Part shown: piece by piece, positions 16,943 through 26,292 of the stretch
Layout: the number at the start of each line of letters is the position of its first letter
How positions within the stretch are numbered: position 1 is the first letter of the stretch
Origin: a bacterium
Lineage (GTDB): Bacteria; Margulisbacteria; Marinamargulisbacteria; SXXA01
Assembly (NCBI GenBank): GCA_010028705.1
Contig: RHAI01000003.1
Coordinates: 1 to 60,449 of the forward strand
Reading direction: 5' to 3'
Length of the DNA: 60,449 nucleotides
The notes under the pieces: model-generated
What the model saw: the letters and a program-made list of their open reading frames with translations, nothing else
Told to the model about the DNA's origin: nothing
Databases searched by the model: none
Program-made: the position numbers and the translations under genes

Positions 16943-17266
16943 ATGGGAACAATAGCTGTAAATGATTCTAATTTTGATAGTGTCGTGCTTCAGTCTGAGA
17001 CACCAGTCTTGGTTGATTTTTGGGCCGAGTGGTGCGGTCCCTGCCGAATGCTTGCGCCGGTGATAGACGGCCTTTCCGTCGCATTTGCCGATAAGTTAAA
17101 AGTGGTCAAATTAGATACGGATGAAAACCAAGCCACGGCCAGTAATTATGAAATCAGTGGGATCCCCTGCTGTATCTTATTCAAAAATGGTGAAGAAGTG
17201 ACACGTTTTGTCGGTTATAGGCCCCAGGGAGCCTTCGAATCTGAACTAACGAAGTATCTTGGATAA
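16943..17266 (+). CDS. trxA: thioredoxin
   Basis: 107 aa. VLVDFWAEWCGPCRMLAP..GIPCCILFKNGE. Confidence 0.95.
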   Translation: MGTIAVNDSNFDSVVLQSETPVLVDFWAEWCGPCRMLAPVIDGLSVAFADKLKVVKLDTDENQATASNYEISGIPCCILFKNGEEVTRFVGYRPQGAFESELTKYLG

Positions 17267-17894
17267 CAACTTATCTCCCGACGATTTGGATCACTCTCAG
17301 TATGATCGAATCGACGGGTTGATCAATGGGGGGGATATTGCCTATTTGCCGGTAGAATACCGGCTCGAAATTATCGGCATGCGACAAAGTCGCTTTGGGG
17401 AATTGAGTGATGACGATGTCAATTTCACGATTGACTGCATACGCTCTGACACCATTCGAGTGGCGATGCGGGCCGCCGTACTACTCGCAACATGTAACGA
17501 TGACGTCTTAAAAATGTTGCCGCCGATATTCCCAACGATCCCCCATTCCAAAGTTCGGCGGGCGTTGCTACTCATAATGGGCGCCCCATCGTCGATTTGG
17601 GCCCTTGATTTCCTTCTAATCGTACTAAGAGACACGAACGATGAGCACGAAGTTAATACCATCATTGAGGCGCTGTCTCGCACCGAACAGCATGTATTTA
17701 CCGTAATATTTTTTACCTTGGGAACAGCGGATCCTCGGTTTAAATATCGCCTTCAATTAGCATTGAGGTACAAGGGTTTTGAGTATGCACGGCCATTTTT
17801 GGAGGCCCTTCCGTATATCCCTGATATTGCATTTTTTCAGGAAACCTATGGTGCAGATGCCCTCGACGAAATTATTCGGGGCGGTCAGCGGTAG
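17259..17894 (+). CDS. hypothetical protein, HEAT/armadillo-like helical repeats
   Basis: 211 aa from a TTG start overlapping the trxA stop; the start is uncertain. Repeating helical pattern (IRVAMRAAVLLATCNDD..VRRALLLIMG..LRDTNDEHEVNTIIEAL). Confidence 0.35.
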   Translation: MDNNLSPDDLDHSQYDRIDGLINGGDIAYLPVEYRLEIIGMRQSRFGELSDDDVNFTIDCIRSDTIRVAMRAAVLLATCNDDVLKMLPPIFPTIPHSKVRRALLLIMGAPSSIWALDFLLIVLRDTNDEHEVNTIIEALSRTEQHVFTVIFFTLGTADPRFKYRLQLALRYKGFEYARPFLEALPYIPDIAFFQETYGADALDEIIRGGQR

Positions 17895-17904
17895 CTTGTC
17901 GGGG

Positions 17905-19092
17905 ATGAAGCGTGTGTCTAAAGGGATTGTACTGTTGGTTTTGGCTAGCTGGTTCATACCCCATGCCGTGGTTGGCGCTGTTATTGACCAGTTAATCGAC
18001 AAATCAAATTACTTGGCGAGCACGTTTTGTCGGCAAGGTTTTGTCGAATATTCGACTCGTAACCTCATGGTTTCAGCCCCCAGTTCTTTAGTTGCCGTTG
18101 GCGTGATCAGTGCGGGCGGATCGCAACGAATGAAGTCGGATATTTATGCGCCCCTCGGTATGTCTAAAATCCGAACATCCGATTTCCTTCGAGGGGTCGC
18201 GCTTTTGCATTCGGTGCTGAATGATTCCACCAGTGATGTGACCATGAAGACCGCCGTATCCGTGTGGGCATCAAAGCAAAAGTCGGTGTCTGATGGATAT
18301 GCGAAGCTAGTGAACGACTATTTTGATGTCGAAACCTTTCAGGGTGCAATTGGTGGGCGCGATAGCCCGATTAAATTCCAAAAATGGAGTCAAACTCATC
18401 TGGATCGATCATTTAAAGATGTCGCTTGGCTGACGTCGTCTACCAATTCTGTGGTCGTCGTGGATGGCCTACTATTTCGGGGTGAATGGAGTAACGGATT
18501 TTCGCCTTCAAAGTCAGACGATCGGTTCTTTATGTTGCCAGACGGCTCAGTAAAGCGAACGCCATTTATGATCAATCGGGCTAAATATCAATACGCCGAG
18601 ACCCCTACCGTTCAAGCGGTCGTCTTGCCGTATGGCGATGGGCGTTTTGAAATGGTATTGGTGATGCCCCGACGGTGGGATTCGAGCGTCATTGATTGGG
18701 TCGAACAGCCGCCCGTTCCGTTCTATGACGCAAATGTAAACGTTGTTATGCCGAAATTCTCGATTTTTTCTGGATGTTCGAGCCGATTGCGTAAAATTCG
18801 ATCCGATATCAGGGCGACAGTCATGGATCGGGCAGAGTTCCCAATTATCGGGGACAGTTTTGCCGTCTCCGATTGGATCCAATATATTGGGTTTGATGTC
18901 AACGAGCGCGGAAAACCATCGTCCCTCGGCGGCGGTGACAACGACAAATTGCCCAGTTGTGCGATTCTTTTAAATCGCCCCTTCGTCGTGGCTGTTCGTG
19001 ATACAATCAGTGGGTTAATTGTGCTTCAAGGACTCATCGTGAATCCAGAGTATAAGGAGGTCAAAAATAATGATGTCACCATTAAACGGTAA
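17905..19092 (+). CDS. serpin-family protein with N-terminal signal/anchor
   Basis: Start moved to ATG 17905 (MKRVSKGIVLLVLASWFIPHAVVG). Serpin core and C-terminal signature: VVMPKFSI.., NERG..(loop)..LLNRPFVVAVRDTISGLIVLQGLIVNPE. Confidence 0.75.
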   Translation: MKRVSKGIVLLVLASWFIPHAVVGAVIDQLIDKSNYLASTFCRQGFVEYSTRNLMVSAPSSLVAVGVISAGGSQRMKSDIYAPLGMSKIRTSDFLRGVALLHSVLNDSTSDVTMKTAVSVWASKQKSVSDGYAKLVNDYFDVETFQGAIGGRDSPIKFQKWSQTHLDRSFKDVAWLTSSTNSVVVVDGLLFRGEWSNGFSPSKSDDRFFMLPDGSVKRTPFMINRAKYQYAETPTVQAVVLPYGDGRFEMVLVMPRRWDSSVIDWVEQPPVPFYDANVNVVMPKFSIFSGCSSRLRKIRSDIRATVMDRAEFPIIGDSFAVSDWIQYIGFDVNERGKPSSLGGGDNDKLPSCAILLNRPFVVAVRDTISGLIVLQGLIVNPEYKEVKNNDVTIKR

Positions 19093-19822
19093 AGTAGCCC
19101 TTGTCACAGGTGCGTCTCGTGGGTTTGGGCGAGCGATTGCTCGTCGATTGGCGGCCGATGGTGCGACCGTCGTGGTCAATTACCGTCGCAGCATGAGTGA
19201 AGCCGCTGAAACTGTCGACGACATTCTTGCATCGGGTGGACGGGCGGTGGCGATTCGAGCAGACATGGCTAACGAGGAAAAGATTGTCGCGATGCTCGAG
19301 CAAATTAAGTCTGAATTCAACCGATTAGATATTTTGGTTTCAAATGCATCGTTTGGTATTCCAGGGAAAATTTTAGAGTCAAAATCGAAATATTGGGATA
19401 TGACAATGGATGCAACGGCTAAGGCCTTACTCTTACTCGCGTTGCATTCGGCCCCATTAATGACACATGGGGGGCATATGGTAGTTATTTCAAGCTATGG
19501 GCATCGCCGCATTCTTCCGGGATATGGTGTGGTAGGGCCCGCAAAGGGTGCCGTTGAAGCCTTAACGCGCTCGCTTGCCGTAGAATTGGCCCCAAAGGGA
19601 ATCGTGGTCAATGGTGTGATGCCTGGGTTGTCGCCGACCAAGTCGTTACTGGCCGTTCCGGGAGCCGATGAATCGATCGCGAAAGCCCTACGTCAGACCC
19701 CGATGGGACGATTAATTTCTCCTGACGAGGTAGCTGGAATTGTTCGGTTCCTAGTATCCGGCCTTGCGGATATGATCGTTGGGCAACTCATCGTAGCCGA
19801 TGGTGGCGCTATTTTGACGTGA
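19070..19822 (+). CDS. fabL: SDR-family enoyl-[ACP] reductase, FabL-like
   Basis: 250 aa. VTGASRGFGRA..NYRRS..AAETV..WDMTMDATAKALL..ISSYG..YGVVGPAKGAVEALTRSLAVELAPKGIVVN..LVSGLADMIVGQLIVADGG. Colinear with my memory of B. subtilis FabL. Confidence 0.65.
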   Translation: MMSPLNGKVALVTGASRGFGRAIARRLAADGATVVVNYRRSMSEAAETVDDILASGGRAVAIRADMANEEKIVAMLEQIKSEFNRLDILVSNASFGIPGKILESKSKYWDMTMDATAKALLLLALHSAPLMTHGGHMVVISSYGHRRILPGYGVVGPAKGAVEALTRSLAVELAPKGIVVNGVMPGLSPTKSLLAVPGADESIAKALRQTPMGRLISPDEVAGIVRFLVSGLADMIVGQLIVADGGAILT

Positions 19823-20994
19823 GCCATTTCTCGGACGCAATTGAGACGCTAAAATTAGCCTCGATCCGGCGGGGTGTTCATTATTCTCTTGATCGGTTTG
19901 TAACGCCGCTTGATCGATTGGGTAACCCGCACCTAACGCTTCCGCCAGTCATTCATGTGGCGGGGACAAATGGTAAGGGGTCCACGACGACGTTTATTGC
20001 GGCGGCCTTGCGCGCCCACGGGTATTCCGTTGGGACCTACACCTCGCCCCATATTCGTTGCTATCGCGAGCGAATATGTATCGATGGCCAACCGATCTCC
20101 GAGGACATGTTTTTGGAATGCTTCCATCGTGTTGTTGTCGAAATGCCAATTGAACAATGGTCGGAATTCGAGCTGTTGACCCTTCTGTCATTTTTATATT
20201 TTAACCAAAGTCGCCCCGATTTTATCATTTACGAAACGGGTCTGGGGGGGCGATTAGATGCCACTAATGTTGTCCGGCCGATCGCCTCCGTAATTACGCC
20301 AATTGGAATGGATCATAGTGATATTCTTGGTGCGACGATTGATGCTATTGCCTCCGAAAAGGCTGGGATTATCAAACCCGGTATCCCCGTATTTACAGCC
20401 CAGCAGACCTCTGAGGTTGCCGAGATTCTAATGTCCGTCGCTACTCAGAATAATACGGTAATGACAGTGGTTGAGCCCTGGAATAACATTCCCGACCGGT
20501 ATCGAATGTCCGCAAAGTATCAGCGACAAAATGCCGCTTTGGCCGATTCTGTGGTGCGCTGGGCCTTAGGGGGAAGATATGATTCGAGCGTCGCGCAGTC
20601 GGGTATGGCAGGGGCCCAAATTTGGGGTCGATTTAATCAGTGGCGGTTGGGACGTCAATTGATTACGGTCGATGGTGCCCATAATATTCATGGGTTTATT
20701 GCGTTGAAAAATGAGGCGATTACGCCAGACACGGTGTGGTTGGGAATGTTAACGACCAAATCGGCGGCGGATTGTGTTCGGCAGTTGCCGCAAACGGTAT
20801 CGTGCTTAACTATTTTTTGCCCGGATCCGGATCGATGGCATTCGATTAATTATTTTCAATCGATCTGGAAGGGCACGGTTAACCTCTGGAACGACGTCAC
20901 ACGGATGCCGTCATTTGGCAACGAGCTTCTGATTACTGGATCTCTTTATTTTATTGCCGCACTTAAGCCATATTTTGATACACTAAACCAATGA
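19819..20994 (+). CDS. folC: bifunctional folylpolyglutamate synthase / dihydrofolate synthase
   Basis: IHVAGTNGKGSTTTF..TYTSPHI..YETGLGGRLDATN..ITPIGMDH..EKAGIIKPG. Confidence 0.9.
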   Translation: MSHFSDAIETLKLASIRRGVHYSLDRFVTPLDRLGNPHLTLPPVIHVAGTNGKGSTTTFIAAALRAHGYSVGTYTSPHIRCYRERICIDGQPISEDMFLECFHRVVVEMPIEQWSEFELLTLLSFLYFNQSRPDFIIYETGLGGRLDATNVVRPIASVITPIGMDHSDILGATIDAIASEKAGIIKPGIPVFTAQQTSEVAEILMSVATQNNTVMTVVEPWNNIPDRYRMSAKYQRQNAALADSVVRWALGGRYDSSVAQSGMAGAQIWGRFNQWRLGRQLITVDGAHNIHGFIALKNEAITPDTVWLGMLTTKSAADCVRQLPQTVSCLTIFCPDPDRWHSINYFQSIWKGTVNLWNDVTRMPSFGNELLITGSLYFIAALKPYFDTLNQ

Positions 20995-21299
20995 GCATGC
21001 CGAAGGCCCGATTAACGTTTTATATATCTGCCTACACACTTATTGCGATCATTGCTGTGCTGGGATTAGCGATTAACATTCAGTCGATTCCAATTAACGA
21101 AGCGGTTCAAAAACTTCAGATTCAAATAAAAAACGTACGTGACGAAAATCAGTTGTTAAAACTCCACTTATTACGTGCGACCCGTGTTGAAGTGGTCGAT
21201 GAAAAAGCCACCTCGGAACTCGGAATGAGCCCTCCCGAAAAATTGATGTACATCAAAGAAAAAGATAAACCCAATGTTTTCGATCAGCCCACGCCTTAG
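20991..21299 (+). CDS. ftsL: cell-division protein FtsL-like (single TM + coiled coil)
   Basis: 102 aa with a TM (YISAYTLIAIIAVLGLAI) followed by a leucine-zipper-like helix. It lies immediately upstream of and overlapping ftsI. Confidence 0.6.
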   Translation: MSMPKARLTFYISAYTLIAIIAVLGLAINIQSIPINEAVQKLQIQIKNVRDENQLLKLHLLRATRVEVVDEKATSELGMSPPEKLMYIKEKDKPNVFDQPTP

Positions 21300-22986
21300 A
21301 GTCTTGCAACTCCTGTTATGGGGGTTTGTTACCGTATTAATTGCTCGGCTATTTATCATGCAGGTTATTGAGTATGATTTTTATATCAAAAAATCACGAA
21401 GTCAGGTGTCCAAGGTGTTTACGATTTTTCCCAATCGAGGCGAAATCTACGATCGGAATGGAGTGCCCCTCGCGTTTTCAACCCCGGTTCATTCCGCGTA
21501 TGCCATTCCCACCCAAATCGAGAATAAACGACAATTTGCACGTACTGTGTCCGCCATCACTGGGCAGACGGAAGACCGCGTATTTTATTTAATCAATAAT
21601 AACGGTGCATTTGTTTGGATCAAACGAAAATTAGATGATGGGATGTATCAGAGGCTCGCCACATTGAATATCCAGGGGCTCAATTTTGTTCAAGAAGATA
21701 TTCGAGTATATCCCCAACAAGATTTGTCGGCGCATGTGCTGGGGTTCGTTGGGATTGATAATCAAGGGTTGGGAGGAATCGAGTATAAATTTGATCAGAT
21801 ACTTAAAGGAAATCCCGGGAAAATCACCCTCGAAGGGGATCCGAGAGGATATCGGTTGGTTAGCGGAAAAAAGGAAACGCGTGACCCATTTGAAGGGGCC
21901 AATATTACCACCACAATCGATAGCTATTTGCAGTATATTGCGCAGAAATATTTGCGCGAGGGCGTGATCGAAAATGGCGCTGAAGGGGGGCAGGTCATTA
22001 TTATGGATCCCCGGACGGGCGATATTTTGGCATTGGCCGATTATCCGGGATTTGACTCAAATAATTGGCGAGATAGTTCGGATGCGATTCGAAAAAATAG
22101 TAACGTCACGGATGTTTATGAGCCTGGCTCCGTATTCAAGCTTGTCGTATTGGCTGGTGTTTTGGAAGAAAATATTGTGACGACTCGAAGCGTGCTATCG
22201 GTTCCAGCGACCTTGACCATTGGCGGACGGACTATTCGTGAGGCGCATGGTCGTGAGGCTGGAGAAACGGATAGTCGAACCGTTGGCGAAATTGTGGAAA
22301 AATCATTGAACGTCGGAACGTCGTTGCTGGCCCTCAAATTGGGTCAAAAAAAGTTTTTTGATTACATTACGAAATTCGGATTCGGAAAGCGAACAGGGAT
22401 CGAACTTCCTGCGGAGTCACGGGGGATATTGAATGATGTGAAGCGATGGACCGAACCGGATATCGCGATGATTTCATTTGGCCAAGGGGTCGCTGTTACA
22501 CCAATTCAAATGATTGCAGCCGTGCAGCCAATTGTGAACCATGGCGAAAAGGTAAAACCACGGATTGTATGGAAGTTTACCCGAAAAAAAGATTTGTCAG
22601 TTGATGCGGTTCCGATTACTTCCGAGGGCCAAATTATTAGTGCTGCAACAGCGAAAGAGGTAGTGGCTGTACTCAAAGATACGGTTGGAACAGGTACCGC
22701 GGTCGGCGCAAAAATTCCGGGGTATAGTATCGGCGGAAAAACGGGTACCGCCCAAAAGGTGAGGCAGGGGGGCTTCGGGTATGAACCCGGCCGATACATT
22801 GCATCATTCATCGGTTTTTTTCCGGCGGATAAGCCAGAGGTGTTGATGCTCGTTATTGTTGATTCGCCGTCTAAAAGTATTTACGGTGCGACCGTTGCAA
22901 TACCGATATGGCGCAAAATAGCCTTGGCAACCATTGACCATCTTAATATTTTTCCGGATGTCCCGACTGCTAATCTAGTGCGATGA
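21274..22986 (+). CDS. ftsI: peptidoglycan D,D-transpeptidase (class B PBP, FtsI/PBP2-type)
   Basis: N-terminal TM, PBP dimer domain, and the motifs SVFK (GSVFKL), SLN (SLNVGT) and KTGTA. Confidence 0.9.
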   Translation: MFSISPRLRVLQLLLWGFVTVLIARLFIMQVIEYDFYIKKSRSQVSKVFTIFPNRGEIYDRNGVPLAFSTPVHSAYAIPTQIENKRQFARTVSAITGQTEDRVFYLINNNGAFVWIKRKLDDGMYQRLATLNIQGLNFVQEDIRVYPQQDLSAHVLGFVGIDNQGLGGIEYKFDQILKGNPGKITLEGDPRGYRLVSGKKETRDPFEGANITTTIDSYLQYIAQKYLREGVIENGAEGGQVIIMDPRTGDILALADYPGFDSNNWRDSSDAIRKNSNVTDVYEPGSVFKLVVLAGVLEENIVTTRSVLSVPATLTIGGRTIREAHGREAGETDSRTVGEIVEKSLNVGTSLLALKLGQKKFFDYITKFGFGKRTGIELPAESRGILNDVKRWTEPDIAMISFGQGVAVTPIQMIAAVQPIVNHGEKVKPRIVWKFTRKKDLSVDAVPITSEGQIISAATAKEVVAVLKDTVGTGTAVGAKIPGYSIGGKTGTAQKVRQGGFGYEPGRYIASFIGFFPADKPEVLMLVIVDSPSKSIYGATVAIPIWRKIALATIDHLNIFPDVPTANLVR

Positions 22987-24098
22987 GTTTCCGTCCAGTT
23001 TCCCGCGTACTCTGGGTGAGTCCAACGGCTGATTTTGGTGGGGCCGAACGAAATCTGATGACCATGATTCGAGAATTAAACGTTCGCGGGATCAAATCAA
23101 TGGTGATTTTGCCTCCCAATGGACGGTTGATCGATGAACTGTCCGTGTTGGGGGTACCCACGATAGTGTATTCGGCGACCGAGCTAAAATCTGGGCAAAT
23201 TGTTCGAGTGATGGTTAATGCAATACGATTATGGTTTAAAGTCCGTCGTTTTAAACCCGATATTATTCATTCGAACTCAATTTTTTGTATGTATGTTCCC
23301 GTTATTTTAGGGGCTATGTTTCGAATCCGATCGGTGGTGCATTGGGCCGATTTTGACCATCGCTTAGGCGATATTCGATTGATCAACGCTACCTTTCCAC
23401 GCAATCGAGTGATCGCTGTCTCGGAGGCCATTAAAACGACTTTGGTGGCTCATGGGATGAATTCCAACGCGATTGAGGTGATTCATAACGGAACAGCGGT
23501 ACCTATCGATTCGGACGCTGATCGTAAATCTGTTTTGGGAGCCTGGGGAATCAGTGACGATACAATCATTCTGGGGATTACCGGGCGGATTGATAATTGG
23601 AAAGGACACCGTTATCTGCTTCAAGCGTTGGGCGAGCTTTCGGATCTTAATATTCATCTTATCATTATGGGTGCCTTTCACGGTGATTATGCGGGTCTTG
23701 AATCCGAGCTTCGTGAACTGTGTCGGCGGTATCAGCTGACCGATCGGGTTACATTTACGGGATATCAGTCTCATCCTTTTCGAATCGTTCGCCACCTGGA
23801 TATCGTGGTGTGTCCATCCGATTATGAACCATTTGGGCTTGTAGCGATTGAAGCGATGGCGTGCGAGAAACCGGTAATTGCAACGGCGACGGGAGGGTTT
23901 TTAGAAACGGTGGTGGACGGTGAGACGGGAATACTTGTCCCGTGTAAAACCGTCCATCCGATCGCCGATGCCATCCGTCAGTTGGTCCTGAATCCCGATC
24001 GCCGCTATCAGTTGGGCGCGGCTGGGTTTCGACGATTTCAACGGTGGTTTTCTACCGAACGGTTTATTGAATCTGTGATTGCATTTTATAATCGGTGA
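22983..24098 (+). CDS. glycosyltransferase family 4 (GT-B)
   Basis: FGGAERNL..; the E-x7-E region reads PSDYEPFGLVAIEAMACEKPVIATATGGFLETVVDGETG. ATGA overlap with ftsI. Confidence 0.85.
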   Translation: MSFRPVSRVLWVSPTADFGGAERNLMTMIRELNVRGIKSMVILPPNGRLIDELSVLGVPTIVYSATELKSGQIVRVMVNAIRLWFKVRRFKPDIIHSNSIFCMYVPVILGAMFRIRSVVHWADFDHRLGDIRLINATFPRNRVIAVSEAIKTTLVAHGMNSNAIEVIHNGTAVPIDSDADRKSVLGAWGISDDTIILGITGRIDNWKGHRYLLQALGELSDLNIHLIIMGAFHGDYAGLESELRELCRRYQLTDRVTFTGYQSHPFRIVRHLDIVVCPSDYEPFGLVAIEAMACEKPVIATATGGFLETVVDGETGILVPCKTVHPIADAIRQLVLNPDRRYQLGAAGFRRFQRWFSTERFIESVIAFYNR

Positions 24099-24101
24099 CC
24101 T

Positions 24102-24872
24102 ATGCCTCAATTATCGGATATAAGCGTGGTGGTGATTGCTAAAAACGAAGCGGATCAAATTGGTGACTGCTTGGTCTCGTGCGCGGCGTTCCCAAATCGA
24201 TACGTCATCGACACCGGCTCGACTGATTCTACGCCCGTATTAAGTGAGCAGATGGGGGCGACGGTGATCCATCGTCAATTTACCAATTTTCGGGACATTC
24301 GCGCGTTTGCATTAACTCAGGTGATGACGGAGTGGGTCCTGTTTTTGGATGCCGACGAGCGACTGAGTCCCGCAGTAGCCCGGTGGCTTGAGAATGACTG
24401 CCCTCCGGATTGGACGGGGCTTCGGATTCCCCGACGCAATATGCTTCTGGGGAGTTGGGTAAAATATTCCGGATGGGGGGACGATGCCCCGCTTCGACTC
24501 GCCCGTGTCGCGATGGCGCATATGGCGGCGCAGCGGGTTCACGAATCGATTGAGGTTGACGGCATCGTCGGTCGATTAGATTCGGACCATGACGTCCATA
24601 TCATTCACCATACCTGCCGGGATCTATCGAGTTATATGGCGAAAATTAATCATTACACCAGCATTGAAGCGGCTGATCGGGCCAGCGACCCAGCCTTTAA
24701 AACCAGTGCGATAGCCATTTTGTCGCGGTCAATTGGGATGTTTACTCAGACGCTGTTTCACTTTAAAGGACGTAAAGATGGGGAGAGGGGTACCATTTTG
24801 GCATGCCTCAACTTAGTGTATTCAGTGTTATTAATGATTAAGATTTGGGAGTTGCGTCAACCTCATGACTGA
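24102..24872 (+). CDS. glycosyltransferase family 2 (GT-A)
   Basis: ISVVVIAKNEADQIGDCL..VIDTGSTD..LFLDADERL (DxD). Confidence 0.85.
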   Translation: MPQLSDISVVVIAKNEADQIGDCLVSCAAFPNRYVIDTGSTDSTPVLSEQMGATVIHRQFTNFRDIRAFALTQVMTEWVLFLDADERLSPAVARWLENDCPPDWTGLRIPRRNMLLGSWVKYSGWGDDAPLRLARVAMAHMAAQRVHESIEVDGIVGRLDSDHDVHIIHHTCRDLSSYMAKINHYTSIEAADRASDPAFKTSAIAILSRSIGMFTQTLFHFKGRKDGERGTILACLNLVYSVLLMIKIWELRQPHD

Positions 24873-26292
24873 GATTTACAGCTCGAATCTTAATGATCGA
24901 CTGGAGACATTATGGGCGTCCCACATGAATGCGCATCCTGAAGTAGCTGATGCGACATCGTTGTCGCTCGATGTGATCCGAGAGGAAGGGCAGTTTTTAT
25001 TTACATCCATTTCTCAGTTGGCGGCATCAAGCGATTTGCCCGTAGTTGATACCCAGGCAATGCAGCCAATATTAAAACTGTGGCATAGTATTTTGACCCA
25101 TCAGTCACAGCAGAGTATTCCGCTTCGAGACACCGCCAAGCTATTGCTATCACTGAAATCGGCGGTCTCGTCATGGGAGGGATCCGGTGGCGAGGGGGAC
25201 TCAACGTTTGATCGGGTCAATCGAATACTCGACATACTGGGAATGCTGACATTTGAAATGTATTCTCAAGAGCAATCCCAGCTAATCCAGCGCCAATCAG
25301 CTCATATCAGCTATTTGCAACAGAATGCCCAGGATGGTGATTGGGTAGCCAACAGTGCGCCGATGCAATCGGTATTGAAGGCCACGCAGCTGATAGTGGA
25401 TACCACTGTGCCGGTACTCCTGTGCGGTGAGACCGGGGTCGGGAAGGAACGGGTGGCACAAATCATTCACCATCAAAGTCGCCGATCTGATGGACCGTTT
25501 GTCGTAGTTAATTGCGGCGCAATTCCTCGGGATTTGGTCGAGGCGGAATTGTTTGGATACGAAAAGGGAGCATTTACTGGGGCCGACGTTGCTCGCATGG
25601 GGCGATTTGAGCAGGCTGACACGGGCACATTATTTTTGGATGAAATCGGCGATCTCCCATTGGATGCTCAGGTTAAATTATTGAGGATTTTGCAAAATAA
25701 TGAAGTCCAGAAAATTGGGTCTAACCAGCCAGTAAAAGTAGATGTTCGAATCGTTGCGGCTACACATCGGAATCTCGAATCGGAGGTGGCTGAGGGCCGG
25801 TTTAGGGAGGATCTGTTCTATCGATTAAATGTTTATCCCATCACAATTCCACCGTTGCGTGTACGCGGCGATGATATACTTGTTCTGGCCCACACGTGTA
25901 TTGCCCGAGCGTCACGTGAATTTTTAGTCCCATTTGGCGGATTTACACTGGATGCCGAGCGATGGATGCGTGACCATTTATGGCCGGGTAATGTTCGGGA
26001 GCTTGAAAATCTCATGAAGCGTGCGTGTTTATTGGCCCAAGGTCGACCGGTAACCTCTGAAATTTTGACCATGAGCCCGGCGAGTTATGCCAATTCGCCC
26101 CATGCCCTCCATGCGCCGGTGTCCGAACCAAATCAAATCCTAACGTTGGCGACGATGGAAAAACAGGCGATCGAATCCGCACTGACACTCAAAAACGGTA
26201 ATGTTGCCGCGGTTGCCAAAGCATTGGGAATATCGCGCAGCACATTGTATGCGAAAGCCAAACGGTATCACATTCGGACGATTTTCCCTTAA
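24865..26292 (+). CDS. sigma-54-dependent transcriptional activator (bEBP), unknown N-terminal sensor, C-terminal Fis-type HTH
   Basis: Walker A GETGVGKE, GAFTGA, LFLDEIGDL, FREDLFYRL, WPGNVRELEN, and the HTH AAVAKALGISRSTLYAKAKRY. There is no receiver-domain Asp pocket in residues 1-160. Confidence 0.9.
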   Translation: MTEIYSSNLNDRLETLWASHMNAHPEVADATSLSLDVIREEGQFLFTSISQLAASSDLPVVDTQAMQPILKLWHSILTHQSQQSIPLRDTAKLLLSLKSAVSSWEGSGGEGDSTFDRVNRILDILGMLTFEMYSQEQSQLIQRQSAHISYLQQNAQDGDWVANSAPMQSVLKATQLIVDTTVPVLLCGETGVGKERVAQIIHHQSRRSDGPFVVVNCGAIPRDLVEAELFGYEKGAFTGADVARMGRFEQADTGTLFLDEIGDLPLDAQVKLLRILQNNEVQKIGSNQPVKVDVRIVAATHRNLESEVAEGRFREDLFYRLNVYPITIPPLRVRGDDILVLAHTCIARASREFLVPFGGFTLDAERWMRDHLWPGNVRELENLMKRACLLAQGRPVTSEILTMSPASYANSPHALHAPVSEPNQILTLATMEKQAIESALTLKNGNVAAVAKALGISRSTLYAKAKRYHIRTIFP

